Shown piece by piece: positions 29,335-39,562 of a stretch of 64,000 nt of DNA. Position 1 is the first letter of the stretch; each line of letters begins with the position of its first letter. Made by a program: the position numbers and the translations under genes. Source of the stretch: Microcystaceae cyanobacterium (GTDB lineage: Bacteria; Cyanobacteriota; Cyanobacteriia; Cyanobacteriales; Microcystaceae); NCBI GenBank assembly GCA_041746575.1, contig JBGTGT010000098.1:64001-128000 (forward strand), written 5' to 3'. Under the pieces are notes generated by a model. The model had not been told where the DNA came from. It made no database searches and worked only from the letters and a program-made list of their open reading frames with translations.

Positions 29335-30606
29335 ATGGTTAATCTCTCTCTCACCCCTCCCCAAATTGCTCTACAACGAGCTTATAGTGGCTTTTTGAAC
29401 TTAGGGAAGTTTTCGGGAGTAAAGCGCAATAAAGGGCTAAAAGTTATGGCCAAAACCCTGAAAGGGTCTTTCGATACGATTCTCGAAGCCAATACCCTTG
29501 ATTTGGAAACCAGTCGGGATATGGCCGTCCCTGATTTATTGCTAGAATGGCTCAAATTAACCCCTGAACGGTTACAAACCACAGTAGATATTCTTGAAGC
29601 GTTGGCGGCTTGTCCTGATCCTCTGCAAAGAGTCATTAATGCTCCTTATCAACTGAATCCAGCGCAAACCTATTGCCAATTAATGCCTTTAGGCGTGATT
29701 GCGCTGATTTATGAAACGTTCCCTGAATTGGCCATTATGATGGCGGGATTTGCTTTAAAATCGGGCAATGCTCTAATTTTACGGGGATGTGGTTCGGCCA
29801 GTCACTCAAATAGTGTGATTGCTGAAATATTAACTAACGCCCTCGAAAGTACAGACTTACCCCAAGGATGTCTTGAATTCTTGCCCTGCGATCAAGAAGG
29901 AAGCTCTATCCAAGAATTAGTGACTCAATCTCAGTACCTCAATCTTATTATTCCCTATGGTCGCCCCAGCTTAATCGAACAAGTGACGCAACTGGCGACA
30001 GCACCCGTTTTGAAGTCAGCAATGGGCAACTGTTATCTCTATTGGGGCATTAGTGGCGATATAGAGATGGTACGGATGGTGATTACCGAAAGCCATGCTA
30101 GCGAACCCGATCCGGTGAATGCCATTGAGAAAGTGTTAATTAGTCAACAACACAGTTCGTCGTATTTAGTGCGGTTATTTAATAGCTTAGAAGAACAAGG
30201 GTTTAAGTTAAAAGGAGATCAGGTGTTAGTGGCAGAATATCCAGATCATTTGACGTTAGTTAATGATACAGAGTGGGAAACCCCTTATTTGAGCAAAATG
30301 GTTGCTTTTAAGGTGGTTACTGACTTGTCAGAAGCGATCGCCCTGATGAATCGTTACAGTAGCGGCCACGCCGATTGTATTGTCACAGAATCCTATGCCG
30401 AAAGTCATCAGTTCGCCATGGGGATTGACAGTGCCTTAGTTTACGTTAATACCTCCTCCTGTTTTTCCCGTCATCCCAAACAAGGAGAATCAGTCTTTTT
30501 AGGTGTTTCTAATCAAAAAGGATTGCGTCGGGGCTTAATTGGGTTAGAAAGCCTGACGACCTTGAAACAGGTGGTTCAAGGAAGTGCTTTGTCCCTGTCT
30601 GGTTAA
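29335..30606 (+). CDS. Glutamate-5-semialdehyde dehydrogenase-like paralogue (ProA2 type)
   Basis: ANTLDL, PLGVIALIYE, KSGNALILRG, IIPYG, SGHADCI, DSALVYVN, RGLIGL..LTT.K; PDPVNAIE sits where ProA has xxCNAxE. Confidence 0.85.
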   Translation: MVNLSLTPPQIALQRAYSGFLNLGKFSGVKRNKGLKVMAKTLKGSFDTILEANTLDLETSRDMAVPDLLLEWLKLTPERLQTTVDILEALAACPDPLQRVINAPYQLNPAQTYCQLMPLGVIALIYETFPELAIMMAGFALKSGNALILRGCGSASHSNSVIAEILTNALESTDLPQGCLEFLPCDQEGSSIQELVTQSQYLNLIIPYGRPSLIEQVTQLATAPVLKSAMGNCYLYWGISGDIEMVRMVITESHASEPDPVNAIEKVLISQQHSSSYLVRLFNSLEEQGFKLKGDQVLVAEYPDHLTLVNDTEWETPYLSKMVAFKVVTDLSEAIALMNRYSSGHADCIVTESYAESHQFAMGIDSALVYVNTSSCFSRHPKQGESVFLGVSNQKGLRRGLIGLESLTTLKQVVQGSALSLSG

Positions 30607-30696
30607 AAACATGATGGAATAGGGGTAAGGGAAAGAGGTGAGTTTTGAACGACGATTCCTGTAAAATAGAAAGTCTCAGTTCCATTGCGAGAAGCT

Positions 30697-31818
30697 ATGA
30701 AAACCCAACCCCTAACCTCTGACATGATCCCCACAAACTCGATAGAAGCATCGCCATTGTCACCAAATTGGTTGGGTTTAATTGAAACATACCGTTCTTA
30801 TTTACCAGTAACCGAAAAAACACCCATTATCACCCTCTTGGAAGGAAATACGCCTCTAATTCCTGTCCCTGCGATCGCTAAATTGGTGGGGCGGGGCGTT
30901 AAGGTTTATGTCAAATACGATGGACTCAATCCGACCGGCAGTTTCAAAGATCGCGGTATGACAATGGCTATCTCCAAAGCCAAGGAAGCAGGAGCTGAAG
31001 CAGTGATTTGCGCCAGTACAGGTAATACCTCGGCGGCCGCGGCCGCTTATGCTCGTCGGGCAGGAATGCGGGCGTTAGTAGTAATTCCGGACGGTTATGT
31101 GGCTTTAGGAAAGCTAGGGCAAGCGTTAATCTATGGAGCGGAAGTGATCGCCGTGGAGGGCAATTTTGATGATGCCTTGCAAATTGTACGACAGATGGCT
31201 GAAAACTACCCTGTTACGTTGGTTAATTCGGTCAATCCTTATCGTTTAGAAGGTCAGAAAACTGCCGCTTTTGAAATTGTGGATGTCTTAGGGGATGTCC
31301 CCGATTGGCTGTGTATTCCTGTCGGCAATGCAGGTAATATTAGTGCCTATTGGATGGGATTTTGTCAATATCAGCACATGGGTAAATGCGATCGCCTCCC
31401 TACAATGATGGGGTTTCAAGCGGCACAATCAGCCCCCTTTATTCAAGGCTATCCCATCCCTAACCCCGAAACCCTCGCCACAGCGATTCGGATTGGTAAC
31501 CCGGCTAACTGGGATAAGGCATGGGAAGTCCAAAAAGCCAGTCAAGGGACGTTTAATGCGGTAACGGATGCCGAAATTTTAGAAGCGTACCGTCTTTTAG
31601 CTTCAGAAGAGGGCATTTTCTGTGAGCCGGCTTCGGCGGCTTCTGTGGCAGGGTTATTGAAAGTGAAAGATTATGTCCCCAATGAAGGAACCATCGTTTG
31701 TGTCTTGACGGGTAATGGGCTAAAAGATCCGGACTGTGCGGTGAATAATAGTAATAATCAAGTAAAATCAGGTATTAAACCAGAATTGGAAGCCGTTGCC
31801 CGCATGGTCGGTTTTTAA
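30697..31818 (+). CDS. thrC: Threonine synthase
   Basis: [49 protein letters not shown]. Confidence 0.96.
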   Translation: MKTQPLTSDMIPTNSIEASPLSPNWLGLIETYRSYLPVTEKTPIITLLEGNTPLIPVPAIAKLVGRGVKVYVKYDGLNPTGSFKDRGMTMAISKAKEAGAEAVICASTGNTSAAAAAYARRAGMRALVVIPDGYVALGKLGQALIYGAEVIAVEGNFDDALQIVRQMAENYPVTLVNSVNPYRLEGQKTAAFEIVDVLGDVPDWLCIPVGNAGNISAYWMGFCQYQHMGKCDRLPTMMGFQAAQSAPFIQGYPIPNPETLATAIRIGNPANWDKAWEVQKASQGTFNAVTDAEILEAYRLLASEEGIFCEPASAASVAGLLKVKDYVPNEGTIVCVLTGNGLKDPDCAVNNSNNQVKSGIKPELEAVARMVGF

Positions 31819-31921
31819 GCAAGGATAAGCTTATCTTCGTATAAGAGCTAATAATTATTAGAATAAAAATGATAACTAATCATCAAGGCGCGATCGCCTT
31901 TTGTCTTAACCCTTAACGATT

Positions 31922-32983
31922 ATGACGCATTCTTCCGAATGTAGCGGTATGGTGGTTGCCGTTCAAGCCAATTTCTATCAAGTTCGCCTTCATCCAGTGG
32001 ACGATGCTAATCAACCCCAATATTTACTCTGCACTCGACGGACGCGCCTCAAAAAAATTGGACAAAAAGTGATTGTGGGGGATTGGGTGACTATTGAAGA
32101 ACCTGACTTTCAGGGAGGAAGAGGGGCAATCAGCGAAGTTCTACCTCGTAAAACCCGCCTAGATCGCCCCTTGATTGCCAATGCAGACCATATTCTTTTG
32201 GTTTTTGCGGTTGCTGAACCCGATTTAGACGCGTGGCAACTCAGCCGTTTTTTAGTCAAAGCAGAATCCACTTCACTATCGGTGTCTCTTTGCTTCAATA
32301 AAACCGATTTAATCTCAGAAAATCAACAAAAACAATGGCAAGAACGCTTAAGTAATTGGGGTTATGATTCGATTTTTGTGAGTATAAAACATCAACGAAA
32401 TTTAGAGAAACTTACGGAACAATTAACAGGAAAAACGTCTATATTAGCTGGACCTTCTGGGGTCGGCAAATCCAGTTTAATTAATTATTTTATCCCTGCA
32501 GGATCTCAACGAACCAATCAAGTCTCTGGCAAGTTACAAAAGGGTCGTCATACCACTCGCCATGTGGAACTTTTTGACTTACCTGATGGAGGATTATTGG
32601 CTGATAGTCCGGGCTTTAATCAACCTGACTTGAAAACCCATCCGCAAGAATTAGAGTTATACTTTCCTGAAATTCGTCATCGTTTAGCTCAAGGATCTTG
32701 TCAATTTAAGGATTGTTTACATCGTCATGAACCCCATTGCGTTGTTCGAGGGGAATGGGAACGTTATGACCACTATTTAAAGTTTTTAGAAGAAACCCTT
32801 GCTTATCAATCTGCATTACAACAACGGCCTGATCAAGAATCAAGTTTAAAGCTCAAAACAAAAGGATCGGGTCAACAGGAATATGAACCTAAATTGTCTA
32901 GTAAAAAATATCGTCGCCAATCCCGTCGGTCTAAACATCAAAAATTACAAGATTTCTACGAAAATAATTTAGAAGAAGATTGA
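31922..32983 (+). CDS. rsgA: Small-subunit ribosome biogenesis GTPase RsgA
   Basis: Circularly permuted GTPase: NKTD, GPSGVGKSS, GRHTT, DSPG; zinc finger CQFKDCLHRHEPHC. Confidence 0.96.
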   Translation: MTHSSECSGMVVAVQANFYQVRLHPVDDANQPQYLLCTRRTRLKKIGQKVIVGDWVTIEEPDFQGGRGAISEVLPRKTRLDRPLIANADHILLVFAVAEPDLDAWQLSRFLVKAESTSLSVSLCFNKTDLISENQQKQWQERLSNWGYDSIFVSIKHQRNLEKLTEQLTGKTSILAGPSGVGKSSLINYFIPAGSQRTNQVSGKLQKGRHTTRHVELFDLPDGGLLADSPGFNQPDLKTHPQELELYFPEIRHRLAQGSCQFKDCLHRHEPHCVVRGEWERYDHYLKFLEETLAYQSALQQRPDQESSLKLKTKGSGQQEYEPKLSSKKYRRQSRRSKHQKLQDFYENNLEED

Positions 32984-33045
32984 AAATTAGCTTTATTCTC
33001 AACTGAAATATAGCGAATTTTCTAGACATAACATTTTAGGGTATA

Positions 33046-34308
33046 TTATAATGACCCATGTTTTTGTGCTAATCGGATAGGTCGGACTAGGTAATATAAA
33101 AAACTGAGAGATTTAGGTAAGCTTAAATAGCTTATATCTTCTTCAGTAGGAGTCATGACTAATCGGCAAAACTGTCCCACTAAATAGCCTTTACTTGTCA
33201 TTTTTTGCAGAGAAGGTTCTCTAAGAAGGCGGAATAAGAAATTTTCTAATATACCTTGAAGGTTTTCTGTACCAGCAAACATTTGCTGACAAACTTTCTC
33301 TCCATATAATTTACTGACTGGATCTGTTTTTATTCGTTGTAAAACTGAGTTGGGTATTTCTGATTTAAAGAGATTTTGGGCTAGAAATAATCCAAGTAGT
33401 AAAATTCGTTCAATTCTTATTTCACTAGCTTGCTTAAAAACGAATTCCCAATTCATTTTGGGATGTAATTGAAGAAGTTCAGCTACATCACAAACCCCTT
33501 TGAGCGATCGCCACTGATCTTTCATGGCGTTAATACAAAGAATTAATAATAAATTTTCCGGCGAAAAACTGAGAATTGTTGTATTAGCAAAAGAAACAGA
33601 ATGAACAGAATTCCACCACCAATTGGAATCCATACTCAAAAAAGATTCCTGTCCCGCCAAGGTCCAATGAATTTCCAAAAAAGCAATCTTATCTTTATTC
33701 GGTTTAAACTTATAATTAAACTGAGAAGGAGAACGAAGAAATTCAGACTCTAGTTCATCCGTTATCCCATATTCTGATAAATATTCATTGTTTCTTTCTA
33801 AGATGAGTAAGGGTTGATAATCTTCTGACATTAGTAGCTCTTTGATTTTTAAAATATCCTTTTTATGAACAATAATATCTAGGTCGCTAATCTGTCGAAG
33901 TGCTAGATTTTTATAAAGTAATAAAGCCAGTACCGGTCCTTTATAGGGAATAGCAGAAATATTATGCTCCTTAAATAAATTGAGTAAATCCATTAATTCT
34001 TTGGCTAAAGATAAATTATGCTGTGCATTGCGATGAAAGAAATTCCGTAGTTGAGAAAAAATCGCCGTAGGAACGTCTTCTGGACAAATAGCATTTAAAC
34101 TATAATATAAGAGCGGCATTACTCCATGATGAGCCGATGTTTTAATCAGGTAAGACCAGTCAATTTCCTGTTTAACTAAGGTTTGAATTCGTTTTTTTGT
34201 GATTAAATCAATCTGAGTTCTGGCGCAACATAATAATAATTCGATTTCAGGGCGGGTTTTTGGAATTAGTTGGCTCGAAAAAAGTTGAAGACTAGAGAAG
34301 GTTTTCAT
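33046..34308 (-). CDS. Nucleotidyltransferase family protein (NTP_transf_5-like, lasso-cluster type)
   Basis: IDW..L...HGVMPL, YKGPVLA..LY....RQISDLDIIV, EIHW, W.SLK..CD, YYLVRPIRL. Confidence 0.88.
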   Translation of the reverse strand: MKTFSSLQLFSSQLIPKTRPEIELLLCCARTQIDLITKKRIQTLVKQEIDWSYLIKTSAHHGVMPLLYYSLNAICPEDVPTAIFSQLRNFFHRNAQHNLSLAKELMDLLNLFKEHNISAIPYKGPVLALLLYKNLALRQISDLDIIVHKKDILKIKELLMSEDYQPLLILERNNEYLSEYGITDELESEFLRSPSQFNYKFKPNKDKIAFLEIHWTLAGQESFLSMDSNWWWNSVHSVSFANTTILSFSPENLLLILCINAMKDQWRSLKGVCDVAELLQLHPKMNWEFVFKQASEIRIERILLLGLFLAQNLFKSEIPNSVLQRIKTDPVSKLYGEKVCQQMFAGTENLQGILENFLFRLLREPSLQKMTSKGYLVGQFCRLVMTPTEEDISYLSLPKSLSFLYYLVRPIRLAQKHGSL

Positions 34309-34314
34309 CGCATT

Positions 34315-36168
34315 TTACCGATAAGATGAGGTTAAATTGGAACTTGTTAAACTATATTGTTGAGCTTGAATTTGAAACAAATGTGCGTAAGTTTTTCCGA
34401 GTTTCATGAGTTCTGCATGCGTACCATCTTCTACAATCTGTCCTTGTTCAAGAACATAAATTCGATCCGCCATTTTTACAGTTGATAAGCGATGACTAAT
34501 CAAAATCGCTGCTTGATTTTTTAAGAGTTGACGAAATCGTTTAAAGACTTCATATTCCGCCTTAGGATCTAAAGCACTGGTGGGTTCATCTAAGACAATT
34601 AGCTGAGAATCTCGCAAAAATGCTCGTGCTAAAGCAATTTTTTGCCATTGACCAATGCTCAGTTCTTCTCCCTGCTCAAACCATTTCCCCAGAACGGTAT
34701 TATAGCCTTTGGGGAGTTGATTAATCACTTCATCGGCTCCTGCATAACCGGCGGCAACGGCGATTTTTTCGGCTTCAGGGGGAATATTGATGTTGCCAAA
34801 CCAGATATTTTCCTGTACTGTGAGGTGGTATTTGGTATAGTCTTGGAAAATAACGCTAATTTCTTGTCTAAGCTCTGTCAGTCTAAATTGGCGTAGGTCA
34901 ATCCCATCAAGGGTAATATTTCCTTCTGTGGGGTCATAGAGACGACATAAGAGTTTGATTAGGGTGGTTTTACCGGAGCCATTCTCCCCAACTAAGGCAA
35001 CGATTTCCCCCGGTTGAATGGTTAAATTCACCGCTTCTAAGGCTTGTCGGCTACTGGTAGGATATTGGAAACTGACTTGATTAAAAATAATCCCTTTTTG
35101 CATGGGTTGGGGAACAGGTTTAGGATGAAGGGGATCGGCAATTTTAGGTCTCAGATCCAGAAATTCGTAGAGATTAGACAAAAATAGATTATCTGAATAA
35201 AGTCCTGCCAAATCGCCTAAGATTCCTTGAAAAGCGGACTGGATTTTCTGAAATGCTTGATGATACATGACTAATCCGCCTAGCGTAATCGTCCCTTGCA
35301 CAGTTTGATAAGCAATAAAGCCATAAACCCCAAAAACGGCAAGAGTAGAACTGATTTGACTGATTAACTGGCGCAGAGAATATTGAGTGGTGAGTTGCAG
35401 TTTTTCTCGATGCAGTTGACGGCGTAATTGACGAAAACGACGGGCAAACAGCGATCCTAACGCAAATAAACGGATTTCTTTGGCGTGCCAGTCTTGGGTT
35501 AACATCCAGTGAAAGTAATTTGCTCGTCTTTCGGTTGTTGTCTTTTGTCGTTGCCAACGATACACTTGACCGGCGTATTTTAAACGCACGAGAATATTTG
35601 GGATAACCGCTACAATGACAATGGCAATAATCCCCCAGTGTAAAGATAGGAGTAAGCTAGCGATCGCTACTAACGAAACACTATTTTGAGCAATTTGAAC
35701 CAATTTATTGAGAACCTGATTGGGACGAAAGGAAGCTTCTGATTGAGCGCGGTGTAGGGTATCGTAGTATTTAGCATTTTCGTAATATTCCAAATCCACT
35801 TCAATAGACTTAGCGTGAAGCAGTCCATACATATAGTCCGAAACCAACTGAGATTGAATTTCATCGACCAATTTAGTCAAAAAACTGCATAAATTACTGA
35901 TTACCGTCACAGCACCTGCGAAACTAATGAGGGTAAGAACTGTTTGAAAAGCTGAAGCTTTGTTTGGAGCCGTAATACCTATATTAACCGCGTCGACCAC
36001 CAATTTCATGAGATAGAGAGAGAATAGAGGTAAAATCCCTTGAATAAGGATTAAAAATACTCTAGCCATTGTCCAACGGGGACTACTTTGCCAAACTAAA
36101 GAGACAGCACGGCCTAACCGTAGGGATTGGCTGATTTTTGCCCTTAATCTTGTTAAATAAGCCATCAT
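34315..36168 (-). CDS. ABC exporter (TMD+NBD) without a C39 peptidase domain
   Basis: TM helices from the N-terminus; AKEIRLF, GENGSGKTT, ELSIGQWQKIALARAF, LDEPT, ISHR; ATG at 36168 lies 5 nt after the lanM stop (alternative 36183 overlaps it). Confidence 0.93.
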   Translation of the reverse strand: MMAYLTRLRAKISQSLRLGRAVSLVWQSSPRWTMARVFLILIQGILPLFSLYLMKLVVDAVNIGITAPNKASAFQTVLTLISFAGAVTVISNLCSFLTKLVDEIQSQLVSDYMYGLLHAKSIEVDLEYYENAKYYDTLHRAQSEASFRPNQVLNKLVQIAQNSVSLVAIASLLLSLHWGIIAIVIVAVIPNILVRLKYAGQVYRWQRQKTTTERRANYFHWMLTQDWHAKEIRLFALGSLFARRFRQLRRQLHREKLQLTTQYSLRQLISQISSTLAVFGVYGFIAYQTVQGTITLGGLVMYHQAFQKIQSAFQGILGDLAGLYSDNLFLSNLYEFLDLRPKIADPLHPKPVPQPMQKGIIFNQVSFQYPTSSRQALEAVNLTIQPGEIVALVGENGSGKTTLIKLLCRLYDPTEGNITLDGIDLRQFRLTELRQEISVIFQDYTKYHLTVQENIWFGNINIPPEAEKIAVAAGYAGADEVINQLPKGYNTVLGKWFEQGEELSIGQWQKIALARAFLRDSQLIVLDEPTSALDPKAEYEVFKRFRQLLKNQAAILISHRLSTVKMADRIYVLEQGQIVEDGTHAELMKLGKTYAHLFQIQAQQYSLTSSNLTSSYR

Positions 36169-36173
36169 TTGCT

Positions 36174-39100
36174 TTATTCCCACAACAAGACAGACGGTAA
36201 TTGGTCAGGATAGGCGAGTCGTAGGAGTTGATACCCAATACCTGATGCACCTTGGAAGAAACCGGGGTGAAAATCGAGAATAGGACCATAACCATAATGG
36301 CCTTTTTGTTCGGCGCGTGCGACGACTTGGGAGGCAAGGTTCATCGCTGCATCCACTAATTCAGGTCGGTTGAGTTTACGTCCAGCAGTGAAGAGAAATT
36401 CAACCCGTCCCATATTGCCACAACAGAGATGATCAATGTCTGAGAGTCCGTAATTAAGCGTTGTGGTGATAGCAGCCTCAATATCTTGGCGAATTTCTGG
36501 GGTATCGAGAATATCTAGGGTGGCAACTCTGGCTAATCCAATTCCGGGCGCACCATGGCACCATGAACACATACATCTCGGGTAATCTTTGGTTTGGGGT
36601 TGTCGAAAATCTGGCCAGTTATTGAGTTCGGGGATAAAAACACTGCGTTCGTAGGCGATCGCTTCTTCTGCTGCTTCTTTATAGCGGTTATCGCCTGTTA
36701 ATTTATAGAGACGAAGTAAAGCATAGGCAATTCCTGCCGCACCATGAGAGAAACCTGTTAAGAGTTTTGTTTGTTTATTTTGGCTAACTTCTGATGTTAA
36801 GTTCATCAACTTCAACTGATTTATAATATGATCGCCATATTTTTTGCACTTTCCTAAAATCTTTTGAGATAAAGTAGTTTTATAAATGCCCAGAAAACTT
36901 AGCATAATACCTGCCACACCTGATATTACATCAAGTCTACTCTGTGTTTCTTCTATAGATACTTGAGATACCTGAGCTATGTTAGTTAAATCATCATAAT
37001 CAGTTGATTTGTAACTTGGCATAAAATTATGAACTAGATTTAATCCATAAGATAGTGAAGAAAATTCAAACAACTCTCCTAGTGAATGAATCTCTACATT
37101 TTCATTCACTATACTTTTATTATTTTTTATTTTAGGTAGAATAGAATTCATTAAGTTCTGAAACTCTAAATTATTATTATTGCCGAGAACGTGATCTAAA
37201 GCGCTCAAGAAAATAGCAATTCCAATTGCTCCATTATACAAATAATTATCAATAGGACGAAATTGAAATTTGTTAATTACTTCAAAATACTTGGGAGCAA
37301 ACCAAGTTGATATTTTATTATTTAGCTTTATTGATTTTTTAAACATACTCTCCTTTATTTTTTGGCATTCTTTCACGAAGATATCGTTATTGAATTGTCT
37401 TAGTGGGATTACACAATAAGAACTTTCTTGAGAAACATTGTTATCTAAATTTTGATCAATTATGAAAGAATCTAAAGCTCCTTTTATGAAATAAATCTGC
37501 TGTTTTATATCGGCTTGATTGATTTTTTTTAACCTCTTAAAAACAAAATTGAAACTGGGTTCTTCAAAAAAATTTGTAGAAATCACTTTATTTCCATTAA
37601 ATAAATGAACACTACCAGAGTCAGTTAAAAATAGAGGAATATCTAATTTTTCTAAGGCTTCTATTTCCAAAGATAATAAAGACCAAGTAGAAGGTTTTTG
37701 CTTAGATTTTAGAAGCTGTTTAGAAAGAGTATCCAAAACTATACTTCTTTCAATTCCATTCTTCATACAACTTGGAGTCAGACCAGCCTCTTCAATAACT
37801 CTATAGATTCTGGTTGGACGTAATATATAACGTATTAGTTGATGAGAAAATTTTGCTAGGATATTATTATGTTTTAACAGGTTATTTTTATGTTTAATAA
37901 ATATATCACACATCTGAGTAAATCCATCTAAGATTAGAGTAGAACATATAGAATGATCTATATTGAGTCTTTGATTTGTTAAAAAAGTATTAGTCAAGTG
38001 AAGAGAGTGAGCGTTAGAAAAACGCAACATTGTATCTGTGTTAACATTTTTAAATTCTGATGTAATTACATAAACTGGTTTTGCATTAAACTCTTGTAAT
38101 GCACCAGAGCTAAAAGATTGTCCATTTTCTGCAGACATCCATATTGGTAATAGTCCAGTACGAAGAACAGACTTTTTGAGAAGATTATAACTAAAACTTT
38201 GAATATTATCTTCCAAGTCTTGAGCATTCTCAAGATTTTTTCTAGGATGCATCAACGTCTCTAAATCAATAATCACTGGATATTCTCCATGACTAATGAT
38301 ATTATCAAAGTGTAAGTCTGTAGCATCTAGTAGATAACTTACTGCTAGTAGCATTCCCATTCTGTGATAGTAATATTCAGCCGATTCTCTTGTTGTGAAA
38401 GCATTGCTTTCAACAAACTCAACCCAGCCATATTCAGGGCGAACTAAAGTTTTAATTATCTTGAATTTTAATATTTGTGTTTTATCATTAAAATATTGTA
38501 ACAACTCAAAAAAAAGACTTTCTAAATTTATATTTTTAGGTTTATAGATTAATTTTAGCCCAGATTGAAAATGAATACACAAAACACTTTTGCCATTTTG
38601 GTGTCTATCTGATAAATCAGTTTCAATATGAACTACTTCTTTTAGTTTATTTTGACTAAATTTTTTTTCTATATCTGACCAATCTTGATCAAGACGTTGG
38701 ATTAATAACATAGTATTATTAATCCACATATTAATCACAGTCACAATTAAACGTGCTAATACTGAATACTCGCAAAAAAAGACTTTTATTCGACGCTTAA
38801 GTAAATCATTGATAAAATTAAAATAATCATCATTTTCATATGTACTTTTTTCTTTTCTTGAGATTATACTAAAAGTAGTTTTTTTGCCTATTTTAAAGAG
38901 GAAAAATTCTAGCTCTAAGGTTCTTTCACTTACTTTTGAAAGTGTTCTAAGTAAGCTTTTTTCTAAGTCAAGATGGGCTGATTGACCGATGATATAATAT
39001 TTTTGACCAATTTTTTCTTTGAGTTGATGTCTAGCAAAATTAATAAAGTGAAGATAAAAATCTTCAAAAGGGAGAGTATTATTATTTCTCTTTTTAATAA

Positions 39101-39446
39101 TTTCCTCTTTCTCATTATAGATAGTTTCCTGAAAAGATACAGATATAAACTCTAAAAGCTCATCAAGAGTTTTCAGCCAATTTGGGATAGTTAAGTTCTC
39201 TACACAATCTTGATAAGTAATCGCATTTCTAACATCTGTTAATTCAAGATTAGACCAAGCTAAGCGACGTCTAAATAGACTCCAATTTCCATTTGTTACC
39301 ACTTGGCACCATTTTTCAATAATAAAATCTGAATTCTTTTGGATTGATTTTTTATTAGTATCTATTATTGATCTATGGGTATTCAGAATTTCATTCAAAG
39401 ATTGGCTGTTTGCAAAAATATGCAAAGTTTCTTCGTAAGATAACAT
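36174..39446 (-). CDS. lanM: Class II lanthipeptide synthetase LanM, CCG type
   Basis: Dehydratase motifs SDRHQNG, YKPK, GWVEFV, TDLHFDN, IDLET, RPTRIY; LanC-like cyclase motifs LYNGAIG, GFSHGAAG, WCHGAPG, LCCG, GFFQGASG; Shine-Dalgarno AAGGAG. Confidence 0.95.
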   Translation of the reverse strand: MLSYEETLHIFANSQSLNEILNTHRSIIDTNKKSIQKNSDFIIEKWCQVVTNGNWSLFRRRLAWSNLELTDVRNAITYQDCVENLTIPNWLKTLDELLEFISVSFQETIYNEKEEIIKKRNNNTLPFEDFYLHFINFARHQLKEKIGQKYYIIGQSAHLDLEKSLLRTLSKVSERTLELEFFLFKIGKKTTFSIISRKEKSTYENDDYFNFINDLLKRRIKVFFCEYSVLARLIVTVINMWINNTMLLIQRLDQDWSDIEKKFSQNKLKEVVHIETDLSDRHQNGKSVLCIHFQSGLKLIYKPKNINLESLFFELLQYFNDKTQILKFKIIKTLVRPEYGWVEFVESNAFTTRESAEYYYHRMGMLLAVSYLLDATDLHFDNIISHGEYPVIIDLETLMHPRKNLENAQDLEDNIQSFSYNLLKKSVLRTGLLPIWMSAENGQSFSSGALQEFNAKPVYVITSEFKNVNTDTMLRFSNAHSLHLTNTFLTNQRLNIDHSICSTLILDGFTQMCDIFIKHKNNLLKHNNILAKFSHQLIRYILRPTRIYRVIEEAGLTPSCMKNGIERSIVLDTLSKQLLKSKQKPSTWSLLSLEIEALEKLDIPLFLTDSGSVHLFNGNKVISTNFFEEPSFNFVFKRLKKINQADIKQQIYFIKGALDSFIIDQNLDNNVSQESSYCVIPLRQFNNDIFVKECQKIKESMFKKSIKLNNKISTWFAPKYFEVINKFQFRPIDNYLYNGAIGIAIFLSALDHVLGNNNNLEFQNLMNSILPKIKNNKSIVNENVEIHSLGELFEFSSLSYGLNLVHNFMPSYKSTDYDDLTNIAQVSQVSIEETQSRLDVISGVAGIMLSFLGIYKTTLSQKILGKCKKYGDHIINQLKLMNLTSEVSQNKQTKLLTGFSHGAAGIAYALLRLYKLTGDNRYKEAAEEAIAYERSVFIPELNNWPDFRQPQTKDYPRCMCSWCHGAPGIGLARVATLDILDTPEIRQDIEAAITTTLNYGLSDIDHLCCGNMGRVEFLFTAGRKLNRPELVDAAMNLASQVVARAEQKGHYGYGPILDFHPGFFQGASGIGYQLLRLAYPDQLPSVLLWE

Positions 39447-39562
39447 TTTTTTCTCCTTGTATTTTTCTAAAAAATTCTAACTTGTAAATCCGATAAATCA
39501 TCAGCTAGTTACATACATAGCCAATATTTTTATGATAAGAAGAACTAGCTATTGAGTATTGT

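Noticed and set aside
34642..36337. Small overlapping ORFs inside the ABC exporter and lanM as extra precursor peptides
   Set aside because: Embedded in long conserved CDSs in other frames, with no leader motifs
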